A stretch of DNA of 59,024 bases, filler included, from Sphacelaria rigidula (lineage: Eukaryota), in NCBI GenBank assembly GCA_964200075.2. It is 9 parts of 9 records of this genome, joined end to end, with 100 filler letters (N's around TTAATTAATTAA, not from the genome) between each part and the next. Parts side by side here need not be neighbours in the genome. Positions count along the whole stretch, not along the records: positions 32,849 to 39,317 come from CAXNAA020019889.1; positions 39,418 to 45,886 come from CAXNAA020019890.1; positions 45,987 to 52,455 come from CAXNAA020019891.1; 6 more parts are not named here. One strand, 5' to 3'. The notes under the pieces are model-generated. The model saw nothing but the letters and a program-made list of their open reading frames with translations, had not been told where the DNA came from and searched no databases. How positions within the stretch are numbered: the stretch's first letter is position 1; every line of letters begins with the position of its first letter. This document shows, in pieces, positions 38,478 to 49,900 of this stretch. Position numbers and translations under genes: made by a program.

Positions 38478-38980
38478 CCTGTACTGGTTACAGTATATAT
38501 GGGATTCGTTGAAGGCAAAACGAGGATATATTTCAATCAGCCTCTGCTGTACAAATCCCATATACTGGTAATACAGTACAGTATATGGGGTTTGAAGCGC
38601 AGAGGCTGTTTTGGATACCTCCTCGTTGTACCCAACTTAATCAAATTCAAATTGGGAACAACGAGGAGGGATCTCAAACAGTCTCTGCGCTTCAAATCCC
38701 GCATAGTGGCAGTGCAGCAAATGGGCTTTGCACAGCACAAGCTGTTCGAAAGTCTTCACTGTGCCCCCCAATTTATCCTGGAATTGGGCGAAACGAGGAA
38801 GTTCGAACAGCCTCTTTTGTACGAATCCCACACATTGTACTGTCGGCAGTGTATAGGATCCGTACAGCAGAAATAGTTGAAAACAAACTCGTCTTACCCG
38901 CCAATACATATGAATTAGGCGAAACGAGGATTTTCCGACAGCATCCGCTGCACGAATCCCATAACCTGGCTGCCAGTATA
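38478..38980. repeat. Foldback/tandem repeat cluster with long hairpins
   Basis: 38587-38635 pairs with 38652-38700; ~38480-38508 pairs with ~38553-38581; degenerate cagcctc...aatccca units recur to ~38970. Confidence 0.75.
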
Positions 38981-39317
38981 TATACACACGGCCATACTAG
39001 GGAGCGATAACCGGTGGTACTTGATATCTCAAGTGTTCGCTCCACTTTTATATACCCTATTTAAGAAATCAGCAGCCCAGGGTGCACCATGACTGTATTC
39101 GCGCAAAAAACAAGTTGGAACAAAAGGCCTTCGAATATTTTGAGCTGTTTGTACTGTGATAAGTATACGAATCAGTACAAGACCGGTATGATGCTGTACT
39201 GTACCGTACCATACCGTGCAGGGATGAGTCTTTCCACAATAGCCCCCCCCCCCCCAACTCAAGAACAGAAAGGCAGCAGGGGCAGACGGAATAGCGAATG
39301 AGTTTCTCAAGTACGGG

Positions 39318-39417
39318 NNNNNNNNNNNNNNNNNNNNNNNNNNNNNNNNNNNNNNNNNNNNTTAATTAATTAANNNNNNNNNNNNNNNNNNNNNNNNNNN
39401 NNNNNNNNNNNNNNNNN
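39318..39417. other. Artificial contig linker
   Basis: N44-TTAATTAATTAA-N44. Confidence 0.98.
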
Positions 39418-39490
39418 AAATTGTGGGGTGGGCAATGTCCAAACCACTAAGGCAAGCAAAAAATGCGTACCCCCCCCCCCCCCCCCCCCC
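39418..39490 (+). mobile_element. LINE family A 3' end with 21-C tail
   Basis: caatgtccaaaccactaaggcaagcaaaaaatgcgta followed by C21. Confidence 0.7.
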
Positions 39491-39649
39491 AAGCACGCTT
39501 TGTTTCACACACTGTGGCCTTTCGATATTTGTAGCCGAGTCGCAAAGGGTCGTGTCATGATCTCTAGCTAAGTCAACAAGCAGCCGATCTTCGATGTAGA
39601 TCGGACATGTTTTTTCGCTCATCAGATACATACTGTTCGTGCAGCGAAC

Positions 39650-39892
39650 CATGTAGGTGTTTGCATGTCGATCCCCGCCTTCCGAACTGATGTTGGATTT
39701 CGATGGCGAGGGCGCCGGCGCTAGGCCGCACATAGCTCCATATGCACGCGCATGCTGTTTGGTTGTGTCGTCTATTGTAATGTCCATTGCATAGAAGGAG
39801 GACCAGTCGACGGCATGCTTGAATAGAGCAAATACATCTCGAGGGGAATTATGCCTGTCAGTGGGAAATGGTGTATGGCCCACCTCACGACT
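39650..39892 (-). CDS. Possible internal exon, unknown gene
   Basis: AG...GT-bounded 243-bp open phase-0 exon, SREVGHTPFP...RDVFALFKHAVDWSSFYAMDITIDD...NTYM; other exons not resolved. Confidence 0.35.
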
Positions 39893-41141
39893 CTGGTATA
39901 GACGAGCGTACGTCAAGACAGCACAATAACACCAAGTTCCGCACAGAGATATTTGTACTGTACGTTATGTCCGTCGCTGCTGCAAGGCGCTTTTCACTGG
40001 GTGCAGCTGATGCTCGGTGTATGTAGACTGCCAAGTGTGAGGGTGCGCTACGACCTGCCTGCTTTGTGCTCGCTGCTGCCTACACTGACGTACAATGCAC
40101 TTAGTGTGTGCAAATCTAGAGAAAACGAAGTGAATCAACCGTGCGTGTCATTTTCCGAATCTTTTCCGCGTGTTCAGGTCATACAACCGCACATTTTGGC
40201 GAAAGTCTCGGGTATCAAATAGGCGAATGCCAATCATACCTGCAGGGAAAATCGGCAGTTCGAAATCTTTAGCCCAGAGGTTTCCAGTTCCACATTAACT
40301 GATCCGCACCAAATTCGGTCGTGTTCACAACAATGTAGATGTTCCCAGGGGTAAATGAAGTGAACGCTCGCCAAAGAAGTCGAGGAAGGGCTCACAATGA
40401 TGGGCACAAAATTAAGAAATACATATGGTACGTGCATTAATGCGGATTTACTCCTTAACCCTTCTGGAACTCGCGAAAAACAGTACAAACTCCCATATGC
40501 GAGCTTTCGTCACCGGAAAAACGTTACTTTGAGTCCAGTGCACGAATATGTCACACTAGTATACTTGAACTTCGGCAAATGATTATTTTCCCATCAACGG
40601 TTCCAAAAGGGTCAACATTACATATATGCGCCGAAAAGATGTTCATCTGGGGACTTACTTGCTTTTTGCTAGGTATTCACTACTCATACAGTACGTGTCA
40701 ACGAATGGTCGGCCCGTTTCCAGCTCACTTCCCTGCAGCGCTGCAGACCGGTTACGCGGGGTATCATAGCGCACAGTTCACGCTAGGACTTCTCTGACCC
40801 GCAGTTACATTTGTTTTCCAAGGTTGGAAACGAATTCCGAATGTTTTGACAAAAAAATATCTCACAGCGCAGACAGGTATTCGGACGAGATTTGCAAATA
40901 GTGATTGCATGTGTGTTCCATCGTGATTTTCCTTCTAACTGAATTACAGGACCAGTTGCAGCGGCGCACGCTTCCTCTTCACTGAAGTGATTCACACCAT
41001 CATGCAAATCGTTTGGTGTGTAAGCACCCGGCCGCGGACGATGTGGTACAAAGACCCTTGTTTTCTCCGTCTCGTGGTTTACCGACAGCAGAATGCATTC
41101 CTTCGATTCACGCGCATCTTGAACAATATTGTGGATTCAAC

Positions 41142-44100
41142 ATGTCGGTATGTCTGTTTCGCCATGCGGCCCAGCCGGTAAGTAAAAAAAAGTAGTCAGT
41201 TCACCCATCACGCTCCCCGCGCCTGCCACGCCTGCCTCTCTTTTCTTGCTCCTGTGGGTGTCTGTATTATCTGACGTCACAGACCTCGGTGTTCGTAGCA
41301 TACGTGGCCTATGTGGTGTACAACATGCACGGGGTCATGAACCCTCTTCGGCACGTCGTGATAACACCGGACACTCCAACTATAAAGCCGCTTTGGTCGG
41401 AGGGAACCAAGGTGAAGCAATCCCCGTAGCAAAGGAGCGAGCACGAGGGTATGTGTATGTATGTATGTATGTATGTATGTATGTATGTATGTATGTATGT
41501 ATGTATGTATGTATGTATGTGTGTATGTATGTATGTATGTATGTATGTTTTTTTTTCCCCCTCACACCTTTGAACCCCTCCCCTTCCTCGGGATGAGTCC
41601 GTGGTCTGAAGGGATCAATCCATCTCTCCTCCGGTACGTGCCTTTCATTTCGGTCTCGCGGATTGGGTCAGCACTTCCGTACCGCGTCAACTCGCGTCGC
41701 ACAATTCCAGTCGACTACTTTGTTTTCTCACGTTCTCACCCTTTCCACGATGAAAATTATACATTACGACGAAAAAACCCAACGCATCGGAAATCGAACC
41801 CCCGTTCTCTCTCTCCACCCTAATGGCGACAGTCGGACCATTACACCACCGGGGCGCGGCATGTATGTATGTATGTATGTATGTATGTATGTATGTACAG
41901 TCGACCCCGCTTTAAGGACGCCTTTTTTCCCTCGAACCAGGGGGTTCGATAGAAAGTACAACTAGTAGGGTATGTACCATTTTCTACTCTGCGGGGCCCC
42001 TTTTTTCACCTCTGGTGGGAGGGTGAGCTATCGTCCCCTGAAAATTTAAGGACGAAACCTCGCTTTAAGGACGCTTTTCCCTCCGAAAAACTATGTGCGT
42101 CCTAAAAGCGGGGTCGACTGTACGTATGTGTTAGTGTGAGTGTGAGTGTGAGTGTGAGTGTGAGTGTTAGTATTAATTCTCAGCGAGCCGACACTACGCT
42201 AAATGAATGATTCGCGCACTGTTCGCCGAAGATCAGCTCTCCTCATTCCACATGCCGTGAGTATATTTGACATACGTAGTACTCGCCGAAGCTGTAAAAG
42301 TGCTGCAAAAGTTAAAGTGTTACTGCCTCATGCTCCGTTGGTTGACTGGCTGTGTTCTTGATTGGTTGTCTCACATTGCCTGTGAACGTATTATCCCTCA
42401 CTTAGTCTCCACAGGTTGAGTTCTGCGGGTGGTCATTGTACTCATCACCGGGTGTCGCAGTGGAGTATGACTTCGTCGTGTTTCACGCATTTGTGGACGC
42501 AAGAGGGCGGGGGCCACTACTGTTGTAACTGCCCCCTATGCTGCGTGGTCATTGGCACGCCAGCGTTTCCACCGGGCTCCTTTTGGATTCCGTCGTTGCC
42601 GCGCTTGTGTTTTGTATAACAGATGACTGCGACGTGCTACCTCGCCGCTTCGTCACGATTCCATGACAACTACCGCAACCGATCGCACCCCAGCGCCGCC
42701 AGGGTCCCGATCGTGGCGAGGTAAGAGGTGCACAAGACGCTGCAAGAGCGTAGCCGTAGGAATATGATAGGGTACTGATTTTGCGATGCTTGTAGATATG
42801 TAATGCGATGCGCGTGAAATCCCCCCGATGTTCCCATTCGTGATTGGAGAGATGGAGAAGGTCGCGATTGTTTTGCTCGCGCGAGCGAGCCGGGACGAAC
42901 CTTGTGTGTTGGCGTTTTGACATTTTTCTCGCAGGTTGTCTCGTCCACACGTTCCAGTTTGCGGGTTTGTTTTCATAGTTAGGTTTTTGTTGTTGCATGG
43001 TGGGTGTTTTGTTGTGCCATGTGGATCGATCCCCTACACTCACGGCTTCTCCGTACATCATTTTCGGACTAGAAAAACGTCTACCCAGATTTCACCGAAC
43101 CAAACTGCATGATTAAACACCTGCACCGGCTGCTGCAGGTAGTCTTTTCTGTCAATACCCCTCGTGCCCGATGCTCCCCGTAGTCGCGAACAACCTAGCT
43201 CACCTGGTGGAGCCTGACCATGTTATGCGGATGATCGTGGTGTGGGCGCTCCTTTTTTTCTCCTTTGCTTTTTGCAGAGCGGAAGGGCTGACGTTTGACC
43301 ACGGGATGACTCGCCACTCGTTCGATTTGAACATCTCTTCGCATGCAGCGACTGGCGTGGAGGAAGCGTCGCCGAATATCACCATGGTCAGTACGCTTCA
43401 ACTGTTTCCCTGCGAATGCACGAGCGCGCGCACTGTTGAGAGTGCACGTCGGTCGAATATCTTCGGGCAGGCACGGTGCGGTTGCGGTTCGAAGACACCA
43501 CAGTAGGATAGAATGCTAGAAGTGCCACTGTGCTACGAGCACCATCCATTGTTGTTGCGGCAAAAAGCAAGAGAGAGGGCACTCCATGTAGATATACTCC
43601 ACATGCCTGTCGTGCGGCTGGCTCTTGGTTGCACGGTGGAGAAAGGGCACGTGGGCGGGGAGATGGATGGTATCGTCTCGTTGTTTCCGTGACGCAACAT
43701 CATCAGCGCTGGTTTCATTAGGGGGGGTTGTCGTACGGCAAGCGAAGGCCTGGATGATGTTCCGGTGTTGGGCTACGTACGCTCTTGGCGGCAACACGTG
43801 TTTTATTTTTACCTTAACGTTGCCTATTTCGCCCCAGCCACGTGACACAGTACATGCACACACGCCCACGGGCTCTCTGCGCATGGTGATTTACAGATAT
43901 GCGCACTCGATTTCGAGTTGCGTGCTTGCCAGAGAGCAGGATGCAACGGCCGTTCGTCACGTCCACGCACTGGATGAAAACCGTCCCGCACCGTAAACGA
44001 AAGCTCATCCTCCTCTTTTCGCGGACCCTCGTGTGTCTTGTCCGTGTGTGCGTTGCGTGTTGACTGACGACCGTCCCCAGCTCGCCGGCCAAGACTGGAG

Positions 44101-45848
44101 GTTACTGATGTCGAACAAGACGCTGTACTTCCATGTTGTGGTGGAAGCTGAGTGAGTCTGCCCGTGTAGGCACACACAGTGCATTCATGACAAATTGCTT
44201 CATTCCAGGCTCGGGGTGTGTTTTGTGCAGCATGATTAATATTACTGGGAGACGGGGCATACACCGCCCTGCTGTGTGCTGTGTGCGCATAGCGGCGACT
44301 GACTCCTCCACCGAAAGCAGCAATATATGCCCCCCTCCCCCGTACGGCTGAGCATATGTCAGCTCGTAACGGTAGTAGGAGCATAGGACAAACCAGTCCG
44401 ACCAGACGTTGGCGTTTAATTTAAACCCACGTGAGTCACCACAAGACTGGTACTAAAATAGTTTTCTGTTTATATCCTTCAGAGCACTCAACGACCTCAA
44501 TTTGCAACGGTAGAACGGAACCGACCACGCCGGATCTAGGCGGTAACGAACGTGAGGCCCTCACTCATACCTCACTCATTCCTTCTCTGGACATCCTCAT
44601 CACAAACCTGAAGCATGAATTTCCGCCCTGTCTACGCACCTCCGGCCACCTCCCGCAATCGCGTGTCCCTGCGCTCGGCGGAATTTTTCCATGCCAACCC
44701 ACTCGCTCACACACACCAGTGTTGCCCCGGTTGTCAAAGCCGAGGAGGAGCTGTGGACCTTGGTCGGATCGGTGCCCCTGGTCAAGTTCGGACCGAGGCC
44801 GAAGGTGCGACCTCTGAGGAAGTTACTCGGTGACCTAACAGGTGGCGGACAAATAAACGCCGGCCGAGAAGAACAGGATAGCAACAGTGCGGGGGTTGCC
44901 GACGTGGAGACAAGAAGATCGTCTGCTTCTCGTTTGCGTACCAAAGGCGACTACATATCGTTCTGGAAGCCAGAGGTGAGAGGGGAGGAGCAGAGCAGCA
45001 CCTTGGAACTGGTTGCTTTTTGCGCAACTACTGTAATGAAGAATTTTCTGAAACCTTGAAGGGGTGTTGCTCCCCTACCTCTTCCATTCTCCCCCCCCCC
45101 CCCCCCCCCCCCCCACTTCCCCCACCCCCTTTTTTTTTTTCTCTTTTTTTTTTCTTCCCTCCTGATTTTTCCCCCCACCCNNNNNNNNNNTTGCCCAACC
45201 ACTCTAATAAATAAATTTGTTAAACCTTGTAGGGGTGTTGCCCCCCTCCCCCTTCCCCTCCCCCCCCCCCCCCCCCAAACACTTATTTCCACAGTCACTT
45301 TGATTTTCAACCTTTTATCTGCCTGCACGAGACATTCGTCCCCTACGTAGTTTTGGTATCATGGTAGCCCTAAGGGAGTAGTAGTAGTAGTAGTAGTAGT
45401 ATCAATTGTCGTGAAACGTTTTATGGTGCCATTGTATGCACGGTCAATACCACCATGCGTAGGCGCCACCGCAATGAACAGCACACCTGGGCGGGTAGAC
45501 TGACGCCCTTTGATTGCCATATCGGTGTCTGCTGGGACCCTACCTTGTGTCGTTTTGTGCGTGTGCGTGTGCCCGCGTGTGTTTCATGGCCCAAGTACTC
45601 GGAAACAAGCGAGCTCGCGCGATATAGTATGCAAGATCTGCGACCCATCATCTCTTTGTGCCCCTTCATGCTGTGCTATGCCGTGCTGTGCTGTCTGTCT
45701 GTCATCTCAGGTAGCCGTTCGGCTTGTGACGGACTTCACCGAGTATCCTCTCGATTTCCTACCCAACACCGTCCAGCGCGCCGCGACAATACTTTTCTTG
45801 GATAAAAACGGCCGTTGGCTTCCAAACGGACGGGGGTGGGAACAGGTG
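41142..45848 (+). CDS. CLPTM1: CLPTM1-family (CLPTM1/CLPTM1L-like) membrane protein, 5' portion
   Basis: Phase-consistent exons 41142-41177 (tentative start), 41283-41411, 42623-42720, 43278-43386, 44081-44151, 44720-44975, 45711-45848. Motifs: [81 protein letters not shown]. The symbol is family-level; the 3' end is cut by the contig end. Confidence 0.85.
41450..41548. repeat. (ATGT)n microsatellite
   Basis: Seen directly; a second run at 41861-41897. Confidence 0.95.
41549..41858 (-). mobile_element. tRNA-derived SINE with family C tail (intronic)
   Basis: Minus-strand head GCCCCGGTGGTGTAATGG (A box)...GGTTCGATTTCC (B box); 3' tail shared with four other loci; then an A run and (ACAT)n. 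Confidence 0.8.
41898..42120. mobile_element. pogo/Tc1-like MITE, 223 bp
   Basis: 24-bp TIR CAGTCGACCCCGCTTT(A/T)AGGACGC, TA flanks, internal copies of tttaaggacg. Confidence 0.9.
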
Positions 45849-45886
45849 GTGAGTGTGTTGGAAGACATGGGAATACGCGGGAGGGG

Positions 45887-45986
45887 NNNNNNNNNNNNNN
45901 NNNNNNNNNNNNNNNNNNNNNNNNNNNNNNTTAATTAATTAANNNNNNNNNNNNNNNNNNNNNNNNNNNNNNNNNNNNNNNNNNNN
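45887..45986. other. Artificial contig linker
   Basis: N44-TTAATTAATTAA-N44. Confidence 0.98.
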
Positions 45987-46123
45987 TTCGGAGAAATCAT
46001 TTCAATAAATCTTCTCCGTAACTTAAAAACAAAGCAAAAAAAAAGAAAAAAAAAAAAAAAAGCGGCGGAAAAAATTCAACGAGACTAAAAAAAGAGGCTG
46101 GAGGACAAGAAAAAAGACGAAAC

Positions 46124-46250
46124 GGGGGGGAGGGGGGGAGGAGAGATTCATTTCTTGTGTGCCTTGGTCATTCGACCATTGACCACGCATCCCTTCCAAG
46201 ACGGAGCACCGTTGCTGCTCCTATTAGAGACACCTTCAACCATCCGGCGC
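46124..46250 (-). mobile_element. LINE family A 3' end with C-tail
   Basis: Reverse complement gttgaaggtgtctctaataggagcagcaacggtgctccgtcttggaagggatgcgtggtcaatgg...aaatgaatc followed by a C-rich tract. Confidence 0.8.
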
Positions 46251-46599
46251 TCATTACGTTTCTTCCATATATCAACACAAAATCTGTACATATCTTATCC
46301 AGGTCCTGTTTCGCCGATTGTGCTTATCGTTCATATCCTGGTATTGAAATAACTCTCACTAAAGTCCAATGAACCAAAAATGGGGTGGGTGGGGGGAGGG
46401 GCAAGGGCAGCGGGTACAACAAGTGTATACATTCATCCAACCCGCACAAGCATCTTACAGAAAAAAAAGGACTGGGGAAAAACTGATCTCATGATTAACG
46501 TAAGCACTGCCGTAACATACGTGCAAAAAAACGCCCAAATCAGGCAAACAAGCGCGAGACACAAACAAAATGATCATCTCATTGCTAGGTGCCACCAAC

Positions 46600-46867
46600 C
46601 TGGGGTGGGCGGCTAGGGCGTCTGCTAGCTTCTGGAGGGAAGCAGTAGGATCCTCATTCTCGAAAAGTCCTTCCGGCGTGCGATTCTTGATGGCCATCGC
46701 CAGCACGCCCAAAGTCTTCAGACATGCGGGAAACCTGTAGCGTTCATACGTCGTTTGTGCGTGCGTGCACGATGAGTCATTTTCCAAGGCGTGTGATGCA
46801 CTCCAGTGTGCATGTTATCCGCCAATATGTGCGTGCGTGCGTGCGTGCGTGCGTGCATGCATGCATG

Positions 46868-46906
<39 letters not shown>

Positions 46907-49900
46907 ATAAGAGTAGTGCTGCGTGAGCAGGGAGTTGGGAGAAGCGGTACAAATCTCCCAGGGCTCTTTACGTTACACGTCACAAAGTTCGTTACACGTC
47001 ACAAGTTGAGCCAGATGAGTACTACAGTGGGGGCTTACGTGGTCTCTCACCGTATAAATAGCCAGGCCCAACGCTAAATTTGATTTGACTTGGCTTTACA
47101 CAGGGCTCCGCGTGTAACGCAAAGAGCCCTGAAATCTTCCACACGTCAGACAGCTCTTGAGCTATCGATATACTACTTCTCATCAGTGTAGTGATCCGGA
47201 ACATGAGCTCCCTCATTTGGCCCCCCTTTTCCTATATTTGCTCCCTATAGGGCTGGACGCCGAGCACGCGGAGTAGCGCAGAGGTAGGGCTTTGGCTTCC
47301 CAGACCCCGCTGTCACGTACTTTGTGTTCTTGGACAATGTATGTGAAACTATTCGTCGATTGCTTGTTTTAGGGAGCTCATGACCTGTCCGACGGGTGTA
47401 ATATTCTAGACCACAGTACTACGTCAAAGATGGGTACGCTCAAAGGCGAACCTCGACTTCAAACAGGTGTCGAAAAAGTGCAAAATTGCGGTATGCATGC
47501 TCAAAAGAGATCAATGAACAACATTTCGAAGTCTGAATGATGACAGACAAAAACACAAATAAAAGTTTCTTCTTGAAAATGAGTCATTTCCCATCATTTT
47601 GACATAAATAAAAAACCAACGCGTGCACCTGTCGGGTTAGAGTCCGAGACGACAGTCAGTACCCACTCAATCGCCACGTTTTACACACGAGAGTTTCGAA
47701 AAACGCTTTGTTTGTCATTTTAAAGTGCAAATATCTCGGGATCAGAGTGCAGGAAAAAAAATCACCTCATCAAAAAAAGTCAAGGGGATACCACATTTGA
47801 CGGAGGGGGGAATAATTTTCAGTTACACTCTGAGTTAGAGATATTTGCTCTCTGAATGATCAAAAAAGCGTTTCCCGAAACTCTTTCTTTTCCACACCCT
47901 GGACGATGACAACAGATGATCAATAGTTGCAATAGACAAAATGTACTGCATGCAGTATAGGTCTACTGCAGTACATTTCTTGTCCATGGCAACTACTGAC
48001 CATATAGTGTTCAAGGTGTGCACATTTCACCTCACACACCACAGGCTACACACTCATGACTTGGAAAGGTGGGTTAAGGAAAAGCTACATGATAAAAATT
48101 GCGCCGACAAACGGCCACAGAGCCCCAGCGTATAGAATCCCCCCACCATGTTTCACACCATGTATCAGTTGTGGGGTGGATGTCGGAATAGTAGCTATCG
48201 GCTGAACAGAGCGAATTCTGTAACGTTTTCGTAGTTGGCGATTTTTTAAAAGTTTGGGGATTGTGTCATGGGCACTCACTCACTACCTGTTTCTTCTCCC
48301 GATATTATCGAGCCATCGGCTCTAGCCCTTTGAAGTGCTCCGGAACAACGCTAGGCTAGGAAACTGAATAAGTGCCCAATTGCGGAGATTGCCCAAATGA
48401 CTCGTGTATCGTACACGGGGGTGAACCAATCCCGATCGTTCTCGTAAATAATTTTACAGACCCATTCTTTGTTTCTAATTTTGCCACTCCCTCGCGCTAG
48501 TGCAGAGAAAAAAGTCCCTTGGACCAAAAGCGGTCGAAAGCACCCCTCGTCAACTTTCGTTTGTTTGTTTTTTTCGAGGGGGGAAATATCTTTCCCAGGA
48601 CTCCAATGCGTTACAGTCGATAGATATCGGGAAAAGCAGGCCGTGTTGCAGGACACAATACCCAATTGTCGGGGGTAATACGGAGGAAGACTTCGTTCAT
48701 TAGGGGGTGTTATCGAAAGTCACTGGTCCAAAAAGCACAGTGTTTCGGCTCTAGCGCGATAAACAGGTGAAAAATCAGAGAAGAAAACGCGTTACGTATT
48801 TATTTGCTCACGAAACATTCGGGATTGGTTCCATCAAGCTCAGGTACGCAATAGTCAGAACCTGAGGCAGGGGAGTAGTAGGACCCCCGAGAACCAGCCG
48901 GCCTGGAAGTCGCTGAATATCGAATGCAGGGTTGATTTCCTTTTCGGGATGTGAAACGGATGCTAGGATCCCCCGATCCTCAAACTCTGGGATCAAACGT
49001 TAACTGTGATGAGCCGTGGCACGGGAAAAACGTTCGTCCTCTGGATAATGACAATATATGGTCAATAGATGCAATAGACGGAAAAAGTACTGGGTAAAGT
49101 ATAGGCCTATCGCAGCAAAGGGGATGGTCATCCCACGTAGTGTTTTAATGGCAAGACACCCATGAGACAGTGTGTTAACCGTGGCTGTCTCTGGGGGTGG
49201 CGATACCAGAGAATGAAGCAACTAATTGGAGGCTGTAATCCACATCCAAATTTAAGATAATCAGTAGGCTTCGGGCCGAAAAATCTTCGCAGGACACAGC
49301 TCACCCTTCGTGCGACTCGCCCAACACACCACGGCGCTTTGCGCTTGGTGATTGAGTGCGAGCCTGGTCTGGCGAAAACCCGGCTTGCTCAGTCCCGACT
49401 TTATCGGGATGCGAGGTCAACTGTCTTATGACTACGACATGCAAGATCATGAGTCCACCCGCCTCCCCGTCCCTCCTCCCCACCCCCCTTACCGAAAAAA
49501 AACAAGCCGGACATACCACGATAATTTGCACAGCACCAGGCATATACGAGTTTGGCCAGCCGTAAACCTTGCAACCCCCGGGCACACAACAACTTTTGCA
49601 GTTTTCCGGATCAGCCCGACGTGAGCAGGTCGCTGTGAAATGCAGACCAACCTGGTCGAACACCGCCCCGTCGCTGTTTGATATTGACGCAGTTTTGGCC
49701 ATGACGTTATCGTACTGCATTGAGTACCGGATACGTCTTACTTCGTGTTGTGAGAGCGTGTTCTGAGTCTCTTTTTTTTTTTTGATGATCAAACGCGGCG
49801 GAATTATCGATGGCAACTTCGACCCGCACATTCAAAAGTGCACCGGTCAAATCTGCGAGATGCCATTCAAAGCTCGTCAGCAGCTCCATCATGGAACAAG

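Noticed and set aside
43225..43277. Apparent signal peptide [17 protein letters not shown]
   Set aside because: It is the translated polypyrimidine tract of the acceptor at 43277 within the CLPTM1-family gene
45040..45280. Duplicated sequence on both sides of the 10-N gap
   Set aside because: Probably an unmerged low-quality overlap around a poly(C) tract, i.e. an assembly artefact
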